DNA of 64,000 nt, from contig CM120643.1 of assembly GCA_051362555.1 (NCBI GenBank), positions 15,598,644-15,662,643 of the forward strand. Reading direction: 5' to 3'. Numbering within the stretch: the stretch's first letter is position 1; each line of letters starts with the position of its first letter. The notes beneath the pieces are model-generated. The model saw nothing but the letters and a program-made list of their open reading frames with translations. It was not told where the DNA came from and did not search any database. The position numbers and the translations under genes are program-made. This document shows, one piece after another, positions 1 to 13,410 of this stretch. Origin of the DNA: Lingula anatina. Its lineage: Eukaryota > Animalia > Brachiopoda.

Positions 1-3000
1 AATAAAACAATTAAAAATTGCACATATATACATATATATACACTAATAAGAAAATTTAAAAATGAATGGTATTGGTCATAAGTCTGAAATGGATGGAAAC
101 GGGTTAAACCAATGTGTGCAATTTTGCCGTACGGTCCAAACCAAAATTTTTCCGTGAATGCTCACAGCCTCATCCTTCAACTGCTGTTGCAACCGGGAAA
201 CACGAACGGTCTCTACTGGTCAACTAAAATAAATTATCTCATTAACTTAAAATATAGCTATAAATCTAATATAAGGAGCAATGAACCTTAGGACTATTTT
301 CCCCTTACCCTGTACCAGAGGCTCTTCTATTAAATTACAATTTAGTAACAGCTAGAAGGGCCACTGATAGAGAGTACTTTTCTCTAATTTAAATCAAATT
401 CCACATTTTTCATGCCAACGAATCTTTTTCTCAAAGGTTTTTTAGTTCTTTGGTTTAGTGGTCCATCGGTTCGATGTCTGAAACTATAACATGATTGTGC
501 GGCTCTTCGCTGGCATGGACTTCAATGACAGAAGCGGCAAAAAAGAACAAACAGAATAAATGAAATAGAAAATGAAATAATAAATATCCCCTTTTCTATC
601 CGGTAAAGAGACCTCTATTCCTCTGATGTGCCCTTGACTCAGGTAGAAACCTGCGTTAATGTCATTAAATTGAAGTTATGGCTTAAAAGCAGCTCTATCG
701 ATTTATCCGTTGAAAGGTTAGAGTATTCTCAAATGAAATAAAAAATATTGCAGTTATTCAACCGTTGCCTTGTCCCTGATTCAAGATTTGGTCTGTGTGT
801 TCAACATCTTAAGGGACGATATGTTTCCAGTATTAGTAACTTCAAGCTTTTAGACTAAAATGTGTAATATCAAGAGTGTACATTTTTGATAATATGGACT
901 GATGCTTTCAAAAAGGTGTAAATTTGGCTGAGGAGATACCATCTTTATGAAAGTATAGCAATCTCAAAAACTCGCTACTATTTAGATAAGATGTTTGTCT
1001 GGAAGCATTTTTATCCGGGTGTTTGTAACTGCACTTTGCTGTAGTTCTTGTACCCATCGTCTAAGACTAACAGAAGATACATATACTCAAAATGAGAAAT
1101 GTGCTTTACGGTTCAGGTATCGATATTATTACGCCCTGTTCGCCGTTATCTACACTAAATAACCTTTAATCTTTCTAGGAACATTTAAGATTTCCTTTTA
1201 ATTTTCTTTTCCTGAAAATGATGTCCTTGGCGGTTCTACTATGGGACTGCTGTGAAGCAAGCTTTTAGAAACTAATCAATATTGACACCAATACGTTGTT
1301 TTCACACCACCACGCCTAATCCTTGACTTTCGTCCATTTCTTCTTTCTTTTTTTCTTTTCTTTGTCGTTTGCGGGAAACTGTGTTGCTTTTCTTGGAGGT
1401 TGCATTGTTTTTTATTGTTAACAGATTCTATAGGGATTTCTATCGAAGGCTTTGTTCACTACCCTCTTGAGGCCTTTTCTTTTTCTTTGTTGCGTCGAGC
1501 TTTCATTTCAGAGAAATACACGTGTTTCAACACAGCCCTTTTTTCTTGTTAAATCACAAACAAAAGATATTGTAAACTGAATATCTTTATTGTACAACTT
1601 TGCTTTTTTGCCCTTGCTTTGTTCATTTTCATCTTTATTTCTTCTAAAAAATGTAAAGATAGTTTCAACCGCCGCGCTTGTTGCTCTTCAACCAGTATAT
1701 TCTTTGTTATCGTTTCTTCTTTTCCCTTGGATATTTGACTGGAGTTAAGATTACTTCCTCGCTGTTGCTATACGTAAGTTAACATATCGTAAAACACCGT
1801 TCTTGCTTCGATCATCTATTCTTAATTTTCGTTCCAAAAGGTGTTTTCCCGTCGAGTTTCGTTTTAATTGCTTACCTTCATTGTTTTTACGGGTCTGTAT
1901 AATCAGGTCCATTTTTATTAATCATTCTAGATGCATAATTATGTTTGTTATTGCCATCAATCCCCCCCCCCCCCAAATTTCATTTCTACGCGTATGCTCC
2001 TACATGTATTTCCTTATTCTTTTTTCCAGAGTGTTTATCTTTTTCTCCTGAGAATTCTGTTTTTAGTTGAGTTACTTTCGGTCGCTGTGATACATATTTA
2101 CCAATCATTTCCTGATGTGGGGTACGGACCACTCTCTCATCTACAGCCTGTTTATTTTTCTGTCCCTGTAATGTTTTGCACGTGGCTCGGGCCGGGAAAG
2201 CAGCGTTATAGTTGCCATATTTCTCAGCCTGTTTTTCTAACGTTTGAAACTTTTATTACTTTATACTCAAAAAGTATCCCATTGTTGGCTTAAGAGATTT
2301 ATTGCGTGCCGCTAGAGGGGTATATGATTGTTAACGTACTCTTCAAGTTCAGTTTCCCCCGCAAAAGCAGGTGACTTTCGGCAAACGGTGGCCAACATAT
2401 TAGCATTCTCCATGAGACTCCTCGGCGATATAATTAAATGCTTATCCATAATACCGGCCAGTCTTGTTCGTTCCTTTTCCCATGCCCATTATTTTATTGT
2501 CCCATCTCTCGCTGTCTCTTTCAGCAGCACTCACACTAAAAGGGGCTAATCTAAAGTGGGATCTAGATTGAGTACCAAATAACCGGACCTTCATAGATGG
2601 CTTTTCATGTTTCAGTGAATGAGTTTTGGTTCTTTAAGACTTATTTCATCATTCCCCGACGACTGAATGGTGAATATTTTTCTACAAAGAATGGGATTCA
2701 TCTGTTGTATCTAAGCACAGTTCACTGCGGTTCATTACCTGACGACCCAGTCCCTTTATACTCGACGCAAAGTCGAAATTTGACTCGTTGTTTACCGCTA
2801 AACATGTCTAAGATATCTGTCAATAAAATGCATTTTCACAACTCCACTCTTTTAAATCTCATTACAGAACTCAAGGCTGTAAAAAAGCTTAGGTCGTCGC
2901 ATATCCTTTCATGAAATTGACCCCGCTATTTAAATGCGTTTCACTCTGACGGATTAGGAAGGCGGGAGCGAGGCAGTTGCCATGGGGAAGAAAAACTGGT

Positions 3001-3584
3001 CGATGTCAGCTATAATAATTACCTCCGCGAAGCAACAATACTGAGTAAAAGTCAAACATGTCACTTTGTTATATCTAATTCACATTAACCATAAATGACT
3101 CAGCCAGACAGATTAATAAATAAAGGAAAGGGAAACTTTTCTTCGCAAAAGAACCTTTCTTTATCTCCAAACTTCGCACATGCTGAATACATTTGTGTAG
3201 CCTGGGGCAGGACTTAGGATAAGCACTCTTTGGCCATTTAACTTTGCTGAATACGAAAAGGAAAAAAGTATAATATTTTGAAATACTGTTTTGATCAAAC
3301 ACGTTCGTCAATCGACAAAGTGGGACCGGGAGAAATTGAAATAAAATGTTGCTAGTTCGATAAATGATTGTTTGATGGGTACAATAGAGCATGTATGTAT
3401 TGTATAACACAGGATACGCCAAAATGAATTAGATGTAGGATATGCCAAAATAAACAAAAAATGTGTCCTTTGATGAAATGAAAAAAGTAAATAAAAAGGC
3501 GAAAATTATTATTCAAATAGAATGGTGTTCCATATCATAAGAAAATAAAATTATTTCAGTCAGGTGTTTGTAAATCATTCTTAC

Positions 3585-3964
3585 CTTTTTCTGTATTTCC
3601 AAAAATTTCGGTCTCATCCACAGAACTGTTCGTGTCGTCATGATTGTCTACGTCAACATCCTCATCCATGTCGTCATCAATGACGTCACCATCACCATCA
3701 GCGTCGCCATCTTGTGAATTTGATCGATATTTCGGCTCCCATGTCATTTTGTTTTCTTTCTTCAGACGCCTTCTTGCATTGGCAAACCAAGTGGAGACTT
3801 GAGTCAGTGTCATACGCGACACGATGGCTAGCATGATCTTTTCGGCTTTGGTCGGGTATGGATTTTTTCTGTGCTCATGAAGCCATGCTTTAAGCGTCCG
3901 AGTGTTTTCTCGTGATACTGTGGTTTTGATGGGGCCCGTTGTACCGTATCCCTGCGCAGCGGCA
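3585..3964 (-). CDS. Irx: Irx coding exon 4: homeodomain (3936-3748) plus acidic region
   Basis: Acceptor TTTTTCATTCCAG|T (phase 2, completes Gly GG+T); donor AAAG|GTAAGA (phase 1). PYP TALE loop, WFANARRR helix 3 with Ala50, Irx-typical KENKMTW extension, then a D/E-rich stretch. Confidence 0.97.
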
Positions 3965-6900
3965 CTGGAATGAAAAACAGTCCACATTTCAATGTTCTGT
4001 ATTCACTTACTTTAAGTGATAAAGTATAATTAAATAAATTTTAAAAAATGAAAAAAGTCGTTTCCTTTCAAATAAATTTCTAAACATTGAAATAGCACTA
4101 TGTGATAAAAACAACTTAATGGACGACTTTATCAATTAATAATCATTTTACATCAATGATCATCACAAAAAATTATAGGTTATTTTATTGTTCGAAACAT
4201 CACTCTACATCAGTAAGGCTAGAATGATATTCTTCGGAGATTTTCTTCCTCACCCACCTCACCATTCACACACAGAAGTCGGTGTAGGGAGGGGGGAAAA
4301 TTATGAGATATTTTAAACATTTTTTTTTTTTTTTTTTTTTTTGCTGTACGATCTGGAACATTACTATCCGAGTTTTCAATGAATATCCACGTAAAAAATG
4401 TCAGCTACAGAGGGGAAAAGGGCATATCTTAAAGAATATATTTCAAAAACCTTGTCGGGGAAAATTATTCATCCGAGATCGCAGTTAAGATGCTCCTTAA
4501 ATTCCCTGATGGCAGTTTATCGTGGTTTTTTCTCACCCCACTTAGCTCTGCCATCGCCTCTATTAACCCCGCCATAGAAGTCATGCCGATAATGATGATA
4601 TTTTTCTCAGACCTGGATCTGGTGCGGCATCTATTCTGTCAGATTTACTGTTACACGTCAAATGAATTAATTGATAAATTATATCTTATCACATTCTCTG
4701 AGAATTGCCGAGTTGGGTGAGGTTTAGAAGTGGAGGTACGCGTATTTCTGTGGGCTAGGGCTTGTATTTTAAATCCCATTTGTGTGCTTCATTCTACTGT
4801 ACTGCGTCGAAGCAGGAATCAGCAAATACAACATTTGACATTGAAAATATGACTCAGTATCAACTGACAGGTATGTACGAGGATGATGATCAAGCTATCA
4901 ATTATATCTAGATCTTTGCCTGGTGGGTGAGATTCGATATTCAATAGCGATAATTCATCAACTCTGATTCAATGGCCGTTGGATGCTGAGGAGTTACATA
5001 ATATATTTACAAAAAAAAAAAAAAAAAAAAAAAAAAAAGAAAAAGAAAAAAATGAAATGAAATGAAATTCAGTTGATAAAAATACACCTCAAACTTATCC
5101 TTGGTATCAATGAGTTATGCATAGGTCAGTAGACTATCAATTTCCCCTGGTATAACTCAGATATAGTGTAAAAAAAAAAACAAGATTTGCTGTCAAGGCC
5201 CATACGTGCTAGGGAATTAATTAATTACTGCTTTTTACTCGGCCGCCTGACTTGTTAGGTGTGAGAGGTTGGACGAGATAATGATTTAGTATCAAAATCC
5301 CAAGCTGGAGACTCCATGCGGCAATTCAATTAACTTGGCTCAGTTTTCGCGGCCCGTGACACAGGAGGAAGTTATGGCAGAGCACGGGTTTGGAAGTGAT
5401 GATAGCGGAAACAAAGGCGTGGCCGTATCTGATGGTCATGGCGCCGTGCCTTCTCTTCTCCCGATGACGCGGACCGGCCCCTCACAGCGGGGTCCGACTG
5501 GCCCCCGTGTCACCAAATTATAGAGACAATATCAGGAGATGCTCCAACATGGAGGCGAGGCCAATTTCACATAATGGCAGGTCGTTAAGCTTTTGTAAAG
5601 TTAATTGGCTAATAGCCTGGTTAACTGGTAATGCACAAATGGAGCATGATTTTACGATAAAGTCGACGAGACTCGCTGAAATTACATACGACTAGATTTT
5701 GAATTGTTTAGGGGCAGACAGATTCTTTATTTTACGGCTATTAGAAATTTCTCACAATTTCACGGATCAAGATCTTATGGCATTTCACTGCAGTAGCAAA
5801 GCAGGGCAATTTTCATGAATCTGAGATGTCGTTCTAAATTGTTGTTTAGTGGGACATGAAAATAGTACAATTTGTTCGGAGTCCGTAATGAGCGATAAAA
5901 TAAGGAGACGGTGAAGAGTCTAACACCGTGTGAAAAATTCGAGTCCAAATACTTTTCTTTCCATGTTAACCGCCCTCACAAAAAAGATACGCTAAAAAGA
6001 TACACACTGTTGATAACAATAATGAATGAAAAAATGAAAAAAGACAAACTAAGGCTTTTTACCTGTTGTTGAAAATAAACTATCTCGAAATTTCTCGAAC
6101 TGACATTTAATGTCGTAATCCCAGTACAATCACCATGTTAATACTTACCCAGAGGCGTATGGTGACGCCGCGTACCCATTGAAGGCAGCGGCTGTCGTCT
6201 GCCCGTACAAACTGGGGTACCATAGACGGGAATTCATGCCACCCCATGTACTGGAGGGATCGGCCTTGTCCTTGGGCTCCGTGTGCTGAGACAGAAAAAA
6301 TAGTTACATCAATTTTCAATTTATCTCTTGAGAAAATTATTGATTTGATTGTCCACTTTTATTTAACAAAACCTCCTTTATATACCTAAATGTTTTATTA
6401 TTATTTTTACTCTACTGCGAATAAAATCTCTACATCTTAATTGTGCCTTTGTCTTTATTAAAAAAAACTTCAAGTTATTATTTCCCTTAAAAAATCTGTT
6501 ATTTGCAATTTATATTAAAACCATATCTAGGCCTATAAATCTCATGGTTATGCCACCGATTATCGATAGATTTCAAATCGTATTATCGCCGTTCATTGTG
6601 AGTCAAAAGATATTTTTTAATCTTATATATCTGTTGTGCAATTGCAATCCTATATCTGCTATAATTCTGGATGAGTTTCAAACATTGATCTGCACTATTT
6701 GATACAGGGAAGCTTTTTCTCTTATCTTTTATTTCATTTTAATCAACAAGAACATTAAAACTGGGTTTTATATTTAACTGGTTTTTTCTGCATATATGAA
6801 TCTTTAATGGAAACCACTCAACTATCATTGTTTTTGTAATTTGATATGTTTACTATTCCTCATCACATTGTTATTCTCTATAACCGAGCATAAAAGAGAC

Positions 6901-9900
6901 GGCACAATTTAAGTTATTAATCAAATATTGTTAAAACGCTTCTAGTCAGTTCTTCAAATATCACTTAATTTAACATTTTGTAATTTCTCTGGCTTGTCCT
7001 TCTCAATATGATGAAAGTTGAGTAACGTTTATACAATTTAATTATTCTATATTATTTGAAATTGTCTTTATTTTTAATATCTTTAAGAATTTCACTCTTC
7101 ATCCACTGTCTTTATATAGAAAAGTTGCCTTAATTATATCGTTTAACATTCGAAGTTTAGAGAAGAAATTAAAATATACCTTTTAAAGCAAACTTTCATT
7201 ACTTTGGAAATAATTATCAGTGAGTGTGCAATCTGATATCACGATAATTCTTCATCTCAGCGATTTGTCTGAATCCTAAATTTCACTCCTCCTTAATACA
7301 GGTATCATTTTACTTTATTTGCTGACCCGTTTAGGATTATGTTCTTTCGGTTACAAAATCTATCCCGCAATTTGCTTGATAGCGTTAATTTTTCTTTTCT
7401 AATGTAACGATTTTGATCGACGTCAATTCGGCATAATGTACACGTCAAGATCACTGTCAATGATAGTCGGACTCGACTGAACGCTGAGCTGTTTCTAACA
7501 AAGCCCAAAGCGTCCCAACTGTTTTATTCTCAACGCAATCCATGAATATTCCTTGTTCTTGCATTTGATTATCTTGACCTGCGGGTGAAAGTCGGCGCAT
7601 CGTTCTTTCCAAATAACATAAATAATCTAATTTCCGATAAATCTCCCAAGTCATTTAACCTAAAAATATGCTGCAATGATACGGTAATAATGTTAGTGAT
7701 GAGGACTCTGGAGTTATAACGGTTGTCCATAGTTCGTGAAAGGGCGCGTAGGACGCTCTGTCGCTTTATCGATTCCTCTTTACAGGTCGTAATATAGTCA
7801 ATACGTACACGCTGCACGCTGCCTGGGATCAAGTCAAATCTTCACACATAACTTTCAATCAATGGAACAATCTAAGGCCGACACAGAGCGAAACCCCTGG
7901 AAAGTCGCTATTGAATTAGATGGCAAAAAAACCGTGGCTTTCTACTACGAACACTATTTGATTGGATTGATCGAATTATCGTGTCTTTGAGTAAAATGTT
8001 TTACAATCTCTTAAGAAAAAGAGGGATGTTTATTTATGACGGTTTTGAAAATCTTCTTATTTATAAATTCTTTGTTTATTGCTGTTCGGTATTTTTTTCT
8101 TAGCATCGTGAGCTAACATCTTCCTGTCAAGCATACAGAACTTTTGATGATGCTCATTATTTATGGATGGCAACATTACAAGAAAACTTGAAGTTCGAAA
8201 AGCTTAGCTTGTCATACCAGTATGGCAGGATAACAACAATGATAATAAAACCAAAAAATACCATGAAATTTTAAGTCAATCATAAAAGAAAATGATCCAT
8301 TATGCTTTGTCAATATTGTAAACCAAGTAAAACTTTGGTTAAGTGGCACGCTAAACATTATTATGGTTTTCAAATAATTCAATTTTTTTCCTAACAAAAG
8401 ACTAACGTCCAAAATCATAAGAGACCAATAGGCAAAAAAGTAGTAACCTACAAGAAAACACTTCATGGAAGGAGTATACAGTTTCAGTAGTGTGAATCGC
8501 CGTAGGTAAACAGGCAGATTTCCCTGTCATGAAGTGACATTTTACAGACTATCCTCACGCCATCGCCACTGGTGCTGTGTCCCTTACACATGACAATAGC
8601 TGTTCGGCGACAGCAAGGCACAAAACATTGACCTAATAATCACAAAGAATTTTACAACAAAATCTAAGGTTTTTCTACTTTAGGCCTTCCCCTTCCTACA
8701 TCAACCGCCAACTTTATTTTATGTCAGTTTAACTGAACCTCTGGCATCCTGCCTGATGAGGGTGTTAGAAATTATTTGATTTTTAAAAATTTGATTAATT
8801 CTTATACACTTAGCAATGTTTGCATTGAACATTTAAACAACAATCACTTGAAGTAAAATTAAATAATCTTAAAGAGCTTTTTTTCTTTTTTCTTTTGGGG
8901 CCCATGTAAACGGTAAAATATTTTCATTATTGAGGTTCTTTTGCACTGTCAAGTTCTTTTACATTCAATTTCCATTAGGTCACAAATACAGTATTACTAG
9001 GATAAATTTTACTTGTGTTAAGAAGCCTCGATTGTGGTAACATCAACGACTTAAAATGCCTTGAAATATCATTAAAAATCTGATTTATTTAAGTTTTCCG
9101 AAAAGTTGTATCAAATAGTATTTCGTGTGCCTCCAAATTTAAACTGATCGAAACTGCTAGCAGTGTGGTATATATCTGGTATATTACAAAGGTGAAATTA
9201 ATACAATTTATTTTCCATTCAAAGTACTTCATGTAATGCGCTGTAACATATTGTAATAATCCTGCGTGCAACATATTTCAGAAAATTAATTGTTAACCTT
9301 GCCGAGTTGTTCTTGTCCAATTATGTAATTATAAACTTGTCTGAGTTGACATTCAACTGACAAAACATGACTAATTACAATTCGGCTAACAAAGTGTGAG
9401 GAAAAGTATATCAAAATGGAGATGGTCGAACATAATCTCATATATACTCAAACACAGACCCAAATTGCACTAACTGAATCAAAGGGTGACCTGCATCTTT
9501 TAAGGAAAATCATTTTCGATTATTCACATATTATTCACGGACGATTTTTTTCAGGACGACGACACTGGAAATAGCAAAACAATTTCAAATTTCTGATGAT
9601 AATTATGAATAACTCTAACACTGAAACATACATTTAGCATCTGACCAACGTTGCGGTCTCTTACCTTTTCACTAGGTAAATGACCTCTACGTCTTTTGGG
9701 GATAATTAAAAAAAATTCAAAAGAGAGAAATAATACATTCGACTTACCAGAGAGTTGTACATAGCTGCCGGGTCGTATATTAGGTTCATTCCTGGGTTAG
9801 ATCCCCCGAGAAACGCCGGAGCGTAATAAGGGTACATGGACATTGCGGAGGGTTGGCACGTTGAAGTCCCTGGCACGGACGGTTTGGGAGTGACCAACGT

Positions 9901-12900
9901 CGGGGATCCCATCTGAAACGACGTGGAAATTCATAATTTCATTGTAACAAGATTGTATTTCATCATGGTTTTAATTAGCTCATTGGTATTTTAATAATGT
10001 AGACAGGAATACCCATTTTATACTAATATTTCATGATTGCTTAATATAAATATATTTCGTAAAACGGTGTTCAGAGACTTCTGGGTATACTTTCATCAAA
10101 ACTATTGTAGAATTTCACATATTATATTTTATCTAAAATGTGCAAGACGCATGGAGGATATTATTATCTTTTCTTTATCTGTATTTTTTGGATTTTCAAA
10201 TATGTTTTAATTCAAATGATAACTGTGTATTAAAGAACTTATTATCTATTGTCTTTTACTGCTCTTTCAATATTGGTTGTTTATAAATACTGATGACGAA
10301 TAACGGAAAATAACAACTGTGATACAATGGTGTAAAGGGCACAAATTTTAACCTAAGAATTAACTCTAACAATTAACCAGTCCTTTGTAACAGCTGCCAA
10401 CTCCTCGAATTCACGCACAGAGAGAAAATATTTTTCTGGCACATTAAGACCAATGATCAGCAAACAAAGGGCGCACCGGCTGCCTGTTAAAAGGCTCCGT
10501 TGACTTCCATATAAATCCCATAGTACACAAAATAAGCCTGATCTCATGCTTTTAACGCGAAATGTCTGAGTAATGCCATTTTTACAAACGCCATTGAAAG
10601 CGCTGGTCTGTACTTTCTACTGAACACATGGGATCTAAAGCAGGCTTGGTTTGTATATCTTCTTAAGGATGTATTCCACGTGCACCTCAATTTTAAATAA
10701 AGCCTCTCTCAATACCACAAGTTACACTTAAAAGAGCTGCGTTTACTAGAAGTCTGAACACACGCGGGTTTGTTTATTCACCAAGGGGCTGAGAGTTTTA
10801 TGTTGAATAATGGCTCTATATTAGGGTTATTAGGCCTATGTGATGAAAAGTCAAACATTCGGTGTTAAAACCGACCCTTCAAGTGTTCTAACTTCATAAT
10901 AAAGCTTAGCCCCCTGCCGTGTTGCGTGCTCACTTCTCTTCTATCCCACATGTAAATATAAATAATACACACTGTTCCTTAAAGAGGTCTCTTTTGATGC
11001 TATATTTCACTTATCACCTATTTTCCACCCCACAAGTAAACATAAATATTACATACTGTCCCTTAAGTGGCTTGTTTGTCGCTGAAAAATAGCAGCGGGT
11101 TTATTTCAATTATCCCACTATTGTCCCTCGCCTTCCTCTCATAGTCAACGGAAAGGTCAGGCACTGTGCGCTTTCCACTTCTTGGTAATTTCATCAATTC
11201 TTTATTTTCGCTTCTTCCATGACTCGGTAAATTTCGGTTCCAGCAGACGACACTTGAAATAATGAATTGCACCACCGCAATCATGCTCTATTTTTATAAA
11301 CAATATTAAAGGTTATTCTGATAGAGGTGAGGTGTCAATTGTTCCTCCCTAAATTACGATTAGGGTTGCGATTAAATCGGGACGGTCTCTGCCTATCACT
11401 TTATCTATATCATCAGCAATAGAACGCAAAATGTAACACGTTCTCTAAATTGTTGATCTAAAGGCTATCGCGAAATTAATCAGTAAATAAGGTAGTCATC
11501 GCGAAAAATTTCACATCAACTGCCTCGCCTTTCCGCGTCGCGGGCCTCGTCAGTCACTCACCCGTGGACTCATTTAACAACCCATAATATACTAAAGATT
11601 GTATTTATATTAACAAAGCCGTCATTGCCGCCATCCCTTATTCTAATACAATTTATTTATTTGATAAGGTACTTTGTCCGTGTCGTAGGTCGACATTTTT
11701 GACCGGGTTAATAAATTACAGGTTAGCTGGAGATATTAAAGTGTCATTACTATTATCCGCGTGAGGGATCACTCCTCTCTCTCCCACTTATCAGAGCGGG
11801 GCCGTGCTTGGCTTGACCTCTCACCGCCGTGTTTTTCGCAACGGGGATGTCTCTAGTTAATAGCAGTCTTGTTAAAGAAAACTTGCCGGATATTACTATG
11901 CCGTAATAACCTCTACAGCAGTGGACCCAGTTTGTATGCATTTTAATGAAAATCTCTCTTGGGTTTAAGTTTCTTACACAGAAGTAGCGCTTCTTTTACA
12001 CAAAGAAGACTTATCCGACAAGATGGTGTTTCACCGGTTGGCATTCAAATACCTGATATTAATTTGTCCAATAACAACCAATTTCATGTGGGTCCTACAA
12101 AGATTGAACTATCTGAAATATGAATTTACCTGTCAAATTTCAAAGATTAAAGCCGCAATAATATGGAAGTAGGCTACTAGAGAAAGGCTAGCACGCTATG
12201 AGGCTGACGCGATGATCTTCATCTGCCAGGCAGAACTTTAAGAAACTAGAAATAAACTTTAAAGCATCTAGAAAATTTTCATGAATTCCCTTGTCTTTAT
12301 CATTTTGATAACAGCTCTTCCCTGCTGATAATCGTGTCCTTGTTCTGAGGTTTGTTCACGGGCCGTCGGGTTACGGGGTTATGGTAATCGTCCTCATATC
12401 TGTTTTCTCTGCCAAGCTGTGGCTTTTTATTCGAGAATAAATCACGTAACTTACACTATCAAAACAACAAGGATGAGTCAAAATTCCGTGACTGTTGTCA
12501 ATTAACGTTCCATTTCTATTTTTACCACCTGTGAATGACAATCTTAAGCTCCGATTAACAGTCGAATCTACGTGACAGAGGTGCATATAGAATTTCATTT
12601 TTAAAAGGATCAAATATGCGTTTGTAACCAAGCCCACGGCTATCTTCCCCTCCCCTCTGTCTCTTTCTCTTTGTGACAGTTGCCTTCTCTCATATCTACT
12701 TTGATAGAGATAATGATTGCAGAGGCTGGATAAACAATCCGTAACCTTCGGTTTTCTACTTGACGTAAAGTAAACTGCTTGCTTGCCAACGTCACCGAGG
12801 GCACCCCCTCCCGAGAAAAGTCATGTCGTTTACTCACCTTGTGTCCCGCCGTGGGGGAGACTCCTTTATCCACGGGGGTGGTGGGAGTCGACCACGGAAT

Positions 12901-12948
12901 CCCGTAGGAATATCCGGCGAGAGAGGCAGCCGTGGGGTTGGACATCAT
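3585..12948 (-). CDS. Irx: Iroquois-family TALE homeobox transcription factor, spliced CDS join(12948-12838, 9912-9748, 6285-6149, 3964-3585); 3' part probably outside the window
   Basis: Four exons with canonical GT-AG junctions and matching phases join into one open frame of 264 aa. It has a Ser/Pro/Tyr-rich N-terminus, a TALE homeodomain ([55 protein letters not shown]) and an acidic tract, which is the Irx layout. Confidence 0.95.
5011..5069 (+). repeat. Poly(A) tract followed by (TGAAA)3 in Irx intron 3
   Basis: Direct reading. Confidence 0.9.
5205..5700. promoter_or_regulatory. Candidate intronic enhancer (Irx intron 3)
   Basis: GC/CpG-rich non-coding block in an AT-rich intron with AATTAATTAATTA, three ETS-like GGAA cores (GAGGAAGT, TGGAAGTG, CGGAAAC), Sox-like AACAAAG and TAATTGG. 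Confidence 0.45.
6149..6285 (-). CDS. Irx: Irx coding exon 3 ([46 protein letters not shown])
   Basis: Acceptor TTTTTTCTGTCTCAG|CAC, donor TGG|GTAAGT. 137 nt, phase 0 in and phase 2 out, matching both neighbours. The frame differs from the ORF-track entry 6107..6319. Confidence 0.9.
9748..9912 (-). CDS. Irx: Irx coding exon 2 ([10 protein letters not shown]...[13 protein letters not shown])
   Basis: Acceptor CGTTTCAG|ATG, donor CTG|GTAAGT. 165 nt, phase 0/0; Pro/Tyr/Ser-rich like Irx N-termini. Confidence 0.9.
12838..12948 (-). CDS. Irx: Irx coding exon 1 ([37 protein letters not shown])
   Basis: ATGATG start at 12948, 111 nt open frame to a consensus donor AAG|GTGAGT, phase 0. GC/CpG-rich and just downstream of a promoter-like region. 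Confidence 0.85.
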
Positions 12949-12990
12949 ATTTATTCAAGATCTGTTCCTACGATCAGTCAAGATGTAGAG

Positions 12991-13047
12991 CTACGTAATA
13001 TCCAAGAACAACAGAAAGCAACAGTCCCGTAGTAATGCCAGGCGCAT
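12991..13047 (-). other. Upstream ORF (MRLALLRDCCFLLFLDIT*) in the presumed Irx 5' UTR
   Basis: ATG at 13047-13045 and TAG at 12993-12991, ending shortly before the main ATG. Depends on the TSS lying upstream of 13047. Confidence 0.5.
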
Positions 13048-13264
13048 GCAATGACGGCCACCTCGAAGATAAAATTTGACAGTCCCTCCGTGCTCAGGTC
13101 GCTTCTGGTCACTTGGAGAGAGACCCCCAGTGTCCGCCTGACTAGCTCGTGGTTTATGCTTCTGTAGTTTGTAGGACCTCGGGGTTTTACAGACCTGATG
13201 CCTTTTGGCCCCGAACGTTTGGTGGAAACTAAAAATACTGTTTGTGTATGAAAATCAGCTCTCC

Positions 13265-13410
13265 AGTCAGCCAATCACACGCTGAGGTTATGGGGATAAA
13301 AAAAGCAAAAGCGGCTGAGAGTTAATACGCTATTGGCTCACCCGTAAGTCCCGCCTCCTTGTCAATTACATCTTTGGTACCGCCCTCCCAGTAAGCCACG
13401 CCTCCTGCGG
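13265..13410. promoter_or_regulatory. Irx proximal promoter, TATA-less, possibly bidirectional
   Basis: Two oppositely oriented NF-Y boxes (AGCCAATCA 13269-13277; ATTGGCT 13332-13338) and three GC/KLF boxes (CCCGCCTCC ~13350, CCGCCCTCC ~13380, CCACGCCTCC ~13396), about 320-460 nt upstream of the ATG. Confidence 0.7.

Noticed and set aside
3748-3936. Assignment to Mohawk (Mkx) or another TALE family
   Set aside because: [46 protein letters not shown] and the acidic tail are Irx features.
3965-3987. ORF-track start MWTVFHSS of the homeodomain ORF
   Set aside because: Intronic: it is the pyrimidine tract and acceptor of exon 4.
6107-6319. 70-aa ORF overlapping exon 3
   Set aside because: Wrong frame; the splice phases require the HTEPKDK... 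frame.
9299-9390. Imperfect hairpin in Irx intron 2 (GCCGAGTTGT...TTGTCTGAGTTGA/TCAACTGACAA...ACAATTCGGC)
   Set aside because: The stem is too interrupted to call a pre-miRNA or MITE without folding or small-RNA data.
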